DNA of 64,000 nt from Klebsormidium nitens (Eukaryota; Plantae; Klebsormidiophyceae), in assembly GCA_000708835.1 (NCBI GenBank), contig DF237195.1, positions 59,209-123,208 on the forward strand, written 5' to 3'. Positions 23,409 to 34,800 of this stretch are shown one piece after another (the stretch's first letter is position 1; every line of letters starts with the position of its first letter). Under the pieces are notes generated by a model. The model was given only the letters and a program-made list of their open reading frames with translations. It did not search any database and was not told the origin of the DNA. The translations under genes were made by a program, and so were the position numbers.

Positions 23409-25767
23409 TCAACTAAGACTTGGACAATCACCCCCGAAGATTCCTGTGCTACGAGACAGAAACACTGACGTTTCAAATTCATAGTACCATCATGAGGACG
23501 AAGCGCACAGCTGAGTCTTACCCCAAATGCCAGAACGCAGAAAATCTGCGACCCACGTGCAGCCCAAAACGAATTGCGGCTTACTATTTGTCTCCTCGTT
23601 TGACACGTAATCTGGAATTGCCAGCTCAGAGGGGACGACGACCTCCTTCCATGACGGCTTATCCTAAAGCTCTCTTTGTATCAGTCAAATGTGGTTGTAA
23701 TTCACCCTAGCCTGGCTGACCATTCTATTGATATTCAGCTATAGCTTTTGACCTTGACTTGTCTCTGATAATTGGAGTTGGACTTGCTACATCTTGCCGG
23801 AAGTTTCATGATGCTCGGCCCGCCGCCGGATTTTGAGGGTTGACTTTTCAGAGTCAGCGTAGGACCTTACTACTCCTGAAGCTTACGGCATATGCCTAAT
23901 CAAAGAGACACCTCCTCCACTAGGCTCCGTTCTAACTTACAAAGGGGCCCGGGTCATACAGGATCTTTGAATATTTAAGCAGCAGCTTATCAGATTGCAC
24001 AACCACTTTGCCCTTTTCTTGCTCTAAAGGATGCAGTGACTTCGTACGCAAAACCTTGGCATCGTCGAACGGATCGAGTGGCGAACGTTGACAGAATTGT
24101 TGACGCGACAGAAAGGTAGTGAAGAAATGAACAGATTCTGAAAGAAGGAAAGGCCGCCAAGTCATTCGCCAGTGGACACTCTAGACGCATGCTGCGCTAG
24201 TTCAAGTTTGCGCCCTGCTTTGAGGTGTCGGCATATACCTAGTTTGGAAAAAGGTTGATAATTTTTAATGTCATCAGAGCCTACGATGAAGCTGCCCCGT
24301 ACTCGCTCCCACTCTAGCTGTGGGAAGAACTTTGTGTAATCTGAGTGCTTTGGAGCTTCAATTAATAGAGTATATATATCGAATGCTGACCTTTGCACCG
24401 CGTTTTACTGAAAAATGCGGTCACGTCCGGCGGCCCGCGCATATGATCCGATGGAGATTTATCTTTTGAATAGAGCCCTATCAAATGCTCAGGATTCCGG
24501 CTTGATCTCATGCTTTCTTCGTTCATTTTAAAATGTCCTGATTACGGTGACGATTTTTCCAATGCATGGTTCCAAGAAAATCTACTTGAGAGGGGAGCTA
24601 ATTCTCTTCACGACGGAGTAGCATCTCGAAGGCATTGGGAATGACGGCGGAAAGGTGCGTACTCTTGAGTAAACTGTGCGTGTGCGTGTGCTCATTCTTC
24701 TTACCTGCGGCCTCAGAGATTTTGGTGGCTTTGCAACGCCCAATTTGCCGAGCAGCCCAAGGTTCTTATCTCCGCTGCATTGGTATGCATCAGATGTAAA
24801 GAAGCTCTGCTTTAAGCATTCAGAAACGTTTCGAAGGAGCTGGAGGAGTGTACGAGAAGGCCTACTTGGCTGCCTCACCGGATGCACTCAGGTAGAGCAT
24901 ACAAATCTGGCTATAGATAACAGACTGGTCTTCGCAGGCGAGCTGTCATTCCAACTTCCAAAATACAAAAGTTTTAGCTCAAGCACCCAAAACGTCCTCT
25001 CAAAAGGTCCGCTGTGGCAGAAAGCGCTTGCAAAGGCGCCTCGAAGAAGGAGACAAGCTCGACGAGTGAATTCCATACGGTTCTGGAGTGGGCACCATGG
25101 CGCTTCGAACGCTCCTCCTGATCTCCTACTTCCTGGCTTTCGCGGCGGGCACTTCGAAGGTGAGATGTTCCTTCCTGCACAATCTGGTTCTCAACTTGAA
25201 TGTGCAGCTGCTTCTATTGTGGTTGAGTCGCAGGTTTATTATCTGAGAAGGCTGATAGTCTGTCCGATTCTGAAGTGACTGTCTGGTGACCTTGCTGACT
25301 CCTAACACTGCTCTTGTCCTGAACTCCGAACATACGTTTCTCTGCTTTGAACCAACTTCAGCACACCCGTCGATCCCTTGCGTTTGGATTCTGTTTTGAG
25401 AGCTTCTCTCAGGCCTTGGAACTTATTCTGCCACTGAACGGTCGTATCTGAGCTGCCCCCTATAACTTCCTTTCATGTCTGTTTGAGCTGTTCGTAACTT
25501 CGCAAATCGTTCAGTCTGAGAATCTTGGATTTGCAAAAAAGAAAAAGCAGCTTGTAGCCGACAGTCTGCAGAGCTTACCAATCCTGAAATCCCAGCTTGC
25601 TTCTAAGAAGTGGGTCACTGTGCACTCTCGATACCTGCAGACAGTCACGCGGCGTGAGAAAAAGGTCCAAAAGTTTGGTTCTTCATGTTGCATCCCTTCT
25701 TCTCAGCCCTTGGAAATTGACCTGTTGACGAATGGCTTCTAAGCGAAACTGTGAACCCTCATCGAGT
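23409..25767 (-). CDS. Hidden multi-exon gene of unknown function, 5' end not found, interleaved antisense with the 25097 gene
   Basis: Manually chained exons 25767-25722, 25634-25579, 25452-25336, 25011-24903, 24839-24705, 24317-24239, 24137-23941, 23663-23522, 23443-23409 (916 nt). All introns are GT-AG, mostly with strong donors (gtaagc, gtatgt, gtatgc, gtaaga, gtatat, gtaagt), phases match, and the only stop is the final TGA. Confidence 0.55.
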
Positions 25768-27202
25768 CTGTAGCTGACAGATGAACTCTCTTTTCATCAT
25801 CAATTTCACAGTGTGTCTTCCTTTGTCGTGCCAGAAACAGATTTCTATCTTGAAAGTCCTTGTCAATTTGCATTCTCTTTCAGGTTGCGGCCGCGCGCCG
25901 CATCGCCCAATCCTCGCCCATGGCGGCCGCCAACGTGAACGTCGAGGTCACCAACGGCGTAACGTCACAGGTACAGAATGTGGGCAACACCGTGACTTCA
26001 TACGGTTTCAGCACGCCGGACAGCTACACGTGCCGGACGGACGCCGCCATGAACTGGGGCTGTACGCTGAACGGCGTGCCGGTGCTGCAGATCCCGGTCG
26101 TTCTGATACCGGTCATCAGTGAGTTAATTTCGCAACTTTATATTCCTCTTTTGGCGGCGCGCGCTCGCAATCAAAACAGTTCGCTTTCGTTCCCAAGCTT
26201 CCAATATCCTCGAGCTACGGTTTTGTACTTTCCTGGTTGAGCCCAGTCCCTTGCGGACGGGGCTCTTCACGTATGCGACGTGCTGACGGCAAGCTACAAT
26301 TACTTGCCTGTGCCCACCGCTGTGGCGACGTTATTCTTTTCAGGGTGTTCGTTGTTTCGTTATTCGTTGTTCGAGTGTGCTTCGCGCCGCGTCGGATTTG
26401 GTCGCTTTTAAATGAAGGAACTTGCGTCCACGACAGGTCACTTGGGAGTACTTATCCTGGTTGGGAGAAAATGAAATGGACGAGTGACTGCAAAATTTTC
26501 GCTACGGTGTCTTGCACTTAATTAAGCGGCGCTTTTTCATAGAGCAAGTACTGACGGCTTTTGCGGAAGCCCACCGTCGCCATCGTTCAGTCTGCCGTTC
26601 ACTTTTCAGATGCTTGCACCTTCCAACAAAGTCGAAGCAAACCGCACACCGGACAGGGAAGCCAAAGCAGGGCTGCCTGATTAGTTGGTCGTTCCTTTAA
26701 GAACCGCTTTTCGAGAAAGATCTTACAATCTACACGGGATTGTGACCGAAGAATGGGATCCCGCAAAAACAAAAACCACAGCTTCGGTGGATTCCAGTCG
26801 TCCAAACCAGATGGCAGAGCCCTCGTATATCGCAAAGCTCCAGATCAAGAACCCATGTGCACATTCTCGTCAAGCGGCGGCCCTATCCATCTACCTTCTG
26901 CACGATCTCCTCAGGGTCGTTCCGTTCCTTTCCGTGCAGTCAAAGTGGTTTCCGTCCCGACATCTTCGCCAACCGGTTCGACCCCCTCACCGACCCCAAT
27001 CTCCTCAGAGACCCCGAGCCCAGCACCTACCGGAACCTCAACCCCGGTTCCCACTCCGGCCCCCAGTTCGGCGACCCCGACACCCTTCCCGTCGCCCTTC
27101 CAATCGCCCGGTCTGACGCTTCCCCCGGTCTCCATCGAAGGCTCCACCCAGCTCTCAGTAGGCGGGGTTGTGCTTCTGCCGACCGGTTCCCCGGCTCCAT
27201 AG
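25097..27202 (+). CDS. Secreted Pro/Thr/Ser-rich (HRGP/AGP-like chimeric) protein, paralog 1
   Basis: Exons 25097-25159 (signal peptide MALRTLLLISYFLAFAAGTSK), 25884-26118 (V-x-NGVT...FSTPDSYTCRTDAAMNWGCTLNGVPVLQIPV) and 26940-27202 (PTPS-rich stalk, SPGLTLPPVSIEGSTQLSVGGVV). Phases 0 and 1 are consistent. Confidence 0.8.
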
Positions 27203-28439
27203 ATTTACTAGTGCTACGTTCGTGCACTCTGCGCTACGTCCGTGTATGATAATCATCAGACTTTGGTAGTTGACACCAAGAAACGTAACCACTGCTTGAG
27301 TTGTGTAGAACAAAGCTTCACCAAAAGTCGAACTAGAGAGTAGGTTACAAGTGATGTAAAGACGAGCGCAGATAGCTAGCGTTAGCTTTGGCGTGAAGTA
27401 GTATAAGCTTACTTTGCAACTCAAGCGGATCGAAGTGACAGGTTTTTAGTACGCTTGTCTAGCCTTCTATGATGCTGCAAACACTGTAACCCACTGGCTT
27501 TCAAACTTTGCACAAAAGAAATCTTCGTTTGTTCGGCCTCTTAGATCAATTCAGGGGCCTCGGTATCATCGAAGCAGGGAGCCCTCATGGCTCTTGCATC
27601 CGGCGCTCATACCAATGAATGCTTCTTTGATTTGAACTTCATTCCGCATTATGGAGTACATCTGCTTACGCTAAGAAAGGCTTGTCGTGATGACTTACGG
27701 TTCATGCGAATTCGACTGGTCGACATGGATGGTAAATGCACATACTGAATCCCGTGCTTCACTTGAAAACTCTCTTCATATGAGAAACGTTGAAAATCAC
27801 ACGCATATCGACAACGCATTCTGGGGCCCGCAAAGATCCTTTCAACGCCGGAAAGATGGGATGAAGCGCTTTTGGAAGAGTGATGCCGGGGAGGCCCTCC
27901 CAACTTTGTGAGTCGATCAGGCTTGCAATCTTTTGTCTGCGAAGTACTCGCTTTCTTGTTGATCGATAGCTCGAGATAGCAAGTATATGTAGGAGAACTT
28001 CAAAAGTTCTTTGTCTGACCGCGTATTAGCAGGAATCAGTGTAGATCTAAGTTCCTGTTTCTCTTTCTCCAACCTTGTGGCAAAGTAACACTTGGGCTGC
28101 ACTTTGTTCTTCTGAAGACCCGAAACGAGATGCGAGACGAAGGAAAAGGGTCAGCTCGACAGAGGGCACAGATGGATGTTGGTGAGTTCTGTGCCCTTCA
28201 TGACAATCCCGTGGGGCGAGGAGGAAAGCTTGCCCCACAGATTGAAGTAGGTTTCCCTTGACCTGCAAGCAGAAGAGTCAGCAAGCAAAAGCTAAGTCAG
28301 TAAGCACAGACTGTATTGCCCACACCAAACGCGCAGCGCTATTGGGTTGCAGAGACAATATCAGTGGAGGATAAGAAGCAGAATACTAGACGATCTGTTC
28401 AAGAACCGCTTTTGAAGGGCAGAGAAAGAGAGACACGCG

Positions 28440-30373
28440 ATGGCGCTTCTGAGGCTCCTCCTGGGAATGGCTCTGCTCGTGGCAGCAGCGGCTCAGGTAA
28501 GATCCGTTTTCTTCAGACGTAGATGTTTTTGATAGCCGTCTGAGTTGTGCGACATTACTTTGCTGTTATTCTTTCCTTCGCTCACAGACTTTTCCTCTCT
28601 TGCCTGTTCCTGATCCTCTGCTGTACTTCAGACTCCTGGCCCCATGCGCACTGCGTCCTCAGCTTTCTTTTTGCAGAGCGCTACACTTGTAGCAAATGGT
28701 CTTCTAAATTGGTATGTTCAGAACAGACAGCCTAGAAATTGAGTTCAATATGAAATGCATGCAGGAGACCTTAACAATCACTCCAACAAATAGCTGCACG
28801 CTATCATTTTCGGAGAAGATCGGAGACAGTTCTTGGCTGCATCAAAACATTTTTAAGAGTGCTTCTGACATTCTTTCATTCTCAAAGCATCGGCTAAAGG
28901 GATTGTCAACAATTTGAAGACTTTCCAAGAATAAATAAGTCGATCACGCGGATGATTCTGGGGACTTTTGCATCTATTGTAGAGGTCTTCGCTTTTTTGT
29001 ATTCAGCGTCCAGTAAGGTACTCCTTTGTCTGATCGTGCCAAGGTCTGTTTTGGTTCTTTACTTGGAACGCCTCATGAAGATCTTGCAAGAGTTGAGGCC
29101 TTTCCATTCCTGATTCTGCACAATTTTGCTACTCCTCCTCGCGCTGGAGCCTCGCAGAACGTTAATAAAAATAGCACCCACAAGGCCGGTCGAGATTGGT
29201 TGAACAACTCTCATAAATGGGCATAGCATGAAGCTTATAAGTTCCAACACAAGCAGTCTATGGGTCCTTCCGTTGATGAATTCTAACGCCCTCTTGCTGA
29301 CCTCTTGATCCGAATTTCTCTGAGAAGAACGGACCTGTCCCCTCCTTATAACTATTTCAGCTACTTACCTGATCAAGTAACAAGACATCAAACTTCAGCA
29401 CTTCCTGCGCTTTCTTTAGGGCACGCCCCCCCACTCGATCGTGGTGAACGGCGTCACGCAGTCGTGGCAGACCGTCGGCGGCGTAACGCAGTACTCGTTC
29501 AGCACTGCGGACGGTTACCTCTGCCAGACGGACCCCAACATGCAGTGGGGCTGCCTGCTCAACGGCGTCATCGTGCTGGAAATCCCGGTGGCCATTCTTC
29601 CCATCAGTGAGCACTGACTGGAAAGAACTTTCTCAGCTCTTTTTGGGCAAAATTGCAGGTTTGCCCTGTTTGAATACAGAGAGGGAGCGGTGTGTGACCA
29701 GTAGCACTGAGCGACCAGAAAGCCGGAGTGCCACCTTGTTAGTCGCCTGCGCCTGCGAATCGCTGTTCTATAACGGGGTGTGAAGTGCGTTACGGGTGCC
29801 TTGCAAATGCCTACGGTATTCTTCGACGCGTTTGATTGAATCGCAAGTGTTATAGCCTCAGCCCGGAGTGTGGTTCTTGGAAACTGGCTGGGCTTGGAAC
29901 GGAGAATTATCTCATCTGCTTTAGCATTTAAACAACCTCAAATCAGGGCTCGCTTTCGATTCGTGCAACACTTACGTACATCTATCGCGGTCCTTTTCTA
30001 TACATCTCCAAACGACTCTCTACGCAAGGATTCATCTGCTCTTCTGACTCCGCTCGTTCCGTTTCCGCCAGGTGGGCTGGTCTGCATTCCGTTCGGCGCG
30101 CCCACCCCCGCTCCCACCTCTCCGGCTCCGGTCACTTCCACCCCGGTCCCTTCCTCCGACGTCCCTACAGAAACGCCCAGTACACCGGTACCAACCGTTC
30201 CAACCCCGCCCAATACCCCCAACCCCAGTAGCAGTGAGCCAATCACACCTGGGCCCAGTACCGTTTTCCCGGTGCCCCCATCGTCGCCCGGTTTGACACT
30301 GCCCCCGGTTTCCATCGACGGCTCGACCGCGGTCTCGGTTGGGGGTGTGGTCATCGGGCCGCACTCCCCTTGA
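28440..30373 (+). CDS. Secreted Pro/Thr/Ser-rich protein, paralog 2
   Basis: Exons 28440-28496 (MALLRLLLGMALLVAAAAQ), 29420-29606 (VVNGVT...FSTADGYLCQTDPNMQWGCLLNGVIVLEIPV) and 30072-30373 (PT-rich stalk, SPGLTLPPVSIDGSTAVSVGGVV). Same intron positions and phases as paralog 1. Confidence 0.82.
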
Positions 30374-31832
30374 AGGAGCATATTTCAAGCTTTGACTGAA
30401 GAGGTTGAGATTTACACTTCACGATCTAGAAACCGCCTCGCTGGAGTTTGTAGACAACAGGCTACCATTCCAAGTAGCATGAATAATCTTTTTGACAAAC
30501 AAGACGGCCATGCCTCTGAGCATTCGAGTGTAGGCCGACCGTTTAATCACCGGTTATGGTCCTTTTACTGCCGCTCCGAGGACATGTACTGATCAAGACA
30601 TCAGATCATTGACGTCGTGCAGACCTTCCCCTAAAAAGCGGGTTCTCATCATTACTACGATCGTGTGAGAATTTCTTCAATATGTTGATAATTAACATGA
30701 CAAGTCGATGCGTAAGGTACGTCTAATGATCCCACCTGCTTAGCCAGTATAGGGTGCATGTGTGCATCTAAGTCTCATCGCTTCATACAGGTACGTCCTG
30801 GCCGGTAGTTGTGAATCATTGGCATAGATTGCTTCTTCCCTCCCGATCACGTACTAAAAGACGTTGCATGGGAGTGACCATTCAATAAACTTTGTAATGT
30901 TTTATGCGACGAGGTGCATGATCGGGTCACTTGTACGAAGAAAGTTTTGCCACCATACATGTTCAAATAAACCCTACATCTTAAACTTGTACGATATGCA
31001 TTCAACGTTTTGACCGCAAACTTGTAAGTCGACCAATCAAAGTTGCACAACTTGTGCGCATATATGCGTCATGCACTACATCGTATGATGTCGCTTGATG
31101 CAAGCAAGATGACATCACATTGATCGATCTGATATTTTACAATTTTGCGATCCAAGATACATAACAATCGCCAAGAAAATGTTTGAGTAACATGTACGGA
31201 TTCCCAGAAGGCGGCCGGTGCCACGTGCATGAATGGAGCTTGGTATCTCGGTCAAAAGTCTGGTTCTCATGCAGATAGTGAAATCACTCCTAGAACAGAG
31301 GTTTGGCAGCAATTGTCTTAGCGAAGCGGCATCAGTAGTCTGTTTGCGTCGGACCTTACATGAGTCGGACTCGCAGATCGACGCAACATTAGCAAGGCGC
31401 ATTCTCAGTATCTATTGGTCCTGCCGGAGTATCTGAACAACCTTTTTGACCAATTCTGAGATCTGTGTCGCCTTGTTCCTGCCGAATGTGTTGTCCTGGG
31501 TCATTGCTTTCGGCACGTCCTTCGCACCTGGGGCAGGAAAACAAGCGTGAAAGCAAGCATGAATCAAGCATATACTGAGCATTGCATTTGAAAACTCAAG
31601 GACTCCAGCAGACTCAAAATATTCAGGCACCGTGATCTCGACCGCTTGGTACATCAAGGTCAACATTCTGGCCCCTTGAGCGCTTAGAAACTGAACTGAC
31701 CGAGTCTCCGAAGAGGAGGGTTCGGAGTCATATTCGGAGGCAAGCTTAGAGGTCTTGCTATTTGAGCGAGTCGGAAGTTCCTCACAGCAGGACAAAGAAA
31801 CGGGATGCAAGACTTGGTAACTTCCTCGAGCA

Positions 31833-34800
31833 CTATTCTAGAACACGCACCCCAATCCAGAGACGCTCCCTTTGATCTGTCCAATGACTTCGCAAATTGC
31901 TGCAAGATTCGTAGAGGTTTTGTAAAAAGCCGGAGCTTTTGCGTGTCTCTTGTGGCCTTCCGCTGCAGACTGTTTCACTGCGCGCAATCAAGAAACAACC
32001 TGCCGGTCTGAATCCCGTACCTGGATCCCCCAGCCCTATCAAAGGTGCTCCCTCGTGAGCGTCTCCTTCCGCTTGTCCGGTTTCCGCTCTTCCGCCCTGG
32101 CCGACGACGCTCGCCAGCCACCCATGCGGCATGTTCCTCCTTTCCCGCCCAGAAGACCGCCCCACCATCACTCGCCCAGTCTTTTCACACTTCATCAAAT
32201 ATGGCGCTGCGGCTCGCTCGACCGCCTCCAAAAGCGCAAGGTCCCCCGCCACTTTCCCCCCCAGGCTAGTTTCCCCACTCTCACCCGCTGCGTAATGCAA
32301 TTCCCGTAGGGCCGCGATCTTCTGCTCGCGCGTCGCGTTTGCCAGCGCGCACACGTTCTGCAGGAGCGTAGCCGCGGATCGCTGCGCGCCCTTTTCGCGG
32401 TCCCGTGCCGTCAACCCGGTAAATGTGTCCAGTGCCTCGCCCCAACCAATCCCCATCTGCTCCAGGATATCCGCCGTCTGATCACGCCTGCCCGGCGCTT
32501 CTTTACTTGCCGCACCGTTGGGATCAGGAGCCACTTCCTCGGGCTCTTTACCGACCGTTGACGCTTTCGGTGCCGTTTGGGAGGCTGCTCGCGCACAGAG
32601 AATGTCTCTGACAAACTGGGCGCCGCCTCTCGGCCCTGCTGGCGTCTTCGCGGAAGGCCTAGCCCCGTAGCCAGAGCTCGGCGCGACGCGGCTGCGCTGC
32701 GGGGAGTTCGCAGCAACTGCTGTCGTTGGAACAGTGGCCGGCGTGGCCGCGCATGGGCCGGCCACGTCGGGGCCCAACGAGACTGGCCACTCCGCTACCT
32801 GGATACGAAGCAACAACGCTGATGAGTTTGGAGTCCTAACTGGTCGTCTCGAGGCTTTCATTGCTGGCGTCTTAGATTGTCAGGAGGTCGAGACGTTGAC
32901 TTTCGAGGGCCTTATTTCGAGGCGTTGGACATCCCAAAAAGTCTTCGAGAGTCCTAAGAAGAGGGACTTATCAGTTTCATTCTTAGGTCAATCTGATTAT
33001 CAGACTCAAGGGTAGACTCGGTCAAAGACCAATTGGGTCTATCTGTTTCCGGCATCATGCCCCTCTGAATCTTAACATTCCTTCCAGGTTCTGTGGTTCT
33101 CGCTCTCAAACGAAGAGCACGCGCCCTCAGCAGGAGAATTTGCTCTGATCATACCAGCCTTGTACAGCTACAACTGCTGCCTCTCGCCCAGGTTTCGGTG
33201 AATCACTGGAAGGGTTCAAGCAAAGGGGTTCTGCGATCCCTTACTGATGACATGTGCGCGAGCACCTGGAGCATGTTCCCCGTCAGCCTCAATATGAATC
33301 CGTGCATCTTCACTTTCTCCCTCGCGGTAAGAGCCGCACCGGACCAGCCTCCTGCAGTGTCCATCAGCAGATCAGAAGAAGCGAACTCTATCGGACAGTA
33401 CGACGAGTCGGTCGAGGTAAACCTGAGAGGAAACGCTAGCAAAGCTCCCAGGCGAGGCCGGCTTATTCGATACTAGGAGCTAACCAGGAGCTCTCCCTCA
33501 AGACCTCCTTACTTCAACCGCGGGTTCGGTTCTGCGACTTTCTATTGGCACAGGGCAAAGTTGTGAATCGCTCTGCGATCTAGTGACTGGGCAGATCAGT
33601 TGCATAAGTGTCACACAGGCTCAGCCACAATCAAAGCAATGTGTGAACCGGCTGTCAGCACATCATCCGCGCGTGGCTGAACTTGCGTCAACATAGTAAT
33701 CTTAGAGAACGGATTATTGATATCATCGTAGCATGAAGAGTAGCTCACCTGGCACCTTAGCCGCGGGCGTTCGATCCGGATCCCCCTTCACGGCACTCCG
33801 CGTCAGCAGTTCCGTCCCCCAGTCCGTGTCCTTCAGCCTGTTCGTCCCCGCCACCTCGTCATACCACCCGCTTGGCATCGTGCGCATCTCGCGCCCGTCC
33901 GGCCGCCGCGCGATCCCGAAGCGCCCCGTCGCCGCGTCCCGCGCGAAGTGCGCGCCCGCCGCGCACTCAACCGCGTCCAGCAGCGCGAGCGCGCCGTGCG
34001 CGTCGAGCCCGACCGCGCGCATCCCGCGCCGGTACTGCACCACACGCAGCGCGGCCGCCTTGCGCTCGCGGGGCACGTTCGCGAGCGCGCACACGTCGCG
34101 GAGCAGGCGCCCGACGGTGGACCGGGGACGGCTTGGGGCGCTCCGGTTCCGTTGCTTTTGGTTCCGTCCCTCGAGGCCGAATGCGGAGGGCGAGCGGAAC
34201 GTCGTCGAGCGCAGAGTTCCCGTCCTCAATCGGACTTGCACGCGTTTCGGCGTTCCCGGCAACGACCTCCCCTCCGTTGAAAACCCCGGGGCAGCTTCCC
34301 GCAGTCACACTAGCGTCCCCGGCTACTGCCTCATTGGTGCGAATGGGACCACTGGGACCGGCCGACTCGCGGACCGAAACGTCGTCGAGAGTGGGGTTGC
34401 CACTTTCACCGAGCTCTGCACGGGTTTCAGCATTCCCAGCAGCGACCTCCCATCCGTTGTCAACCCCAGGGCGGTTCCCCGCATTTACACCAGCATCCCC
34501 GCCTTCTGTCTGTGTGGTGTGAACGAGACCACTGAAGTCGTCCGACTCGGTAAGGGGAAAGTTTTCGAGCTGCGGGATCTCACATCCTTCTCGTTGCCGG
34601 AGTACCTTTTGCGGTAGTCCTAGCAATTCCCGATCTAGCTCTCCTACCGGTTCAAGTTCCTGAATAAGCTCTTCTACCGGTTCAAAGGCGTTTCGATCAG
34701 CGCCCTTCGAAGACTCTCCGTTAGACAACAGCATCGGCCCTTCACTCCCCTCTTGCCCGATCTCTCTGCTGGGATGTTCAACTGCCACGGAAGCTTCGTC

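Noticed and set aside
31412-31810. Independent 132-aa gene
   Set aside because: No clear start or motif; may be a terminal exon of paralog 2 or non-coding.
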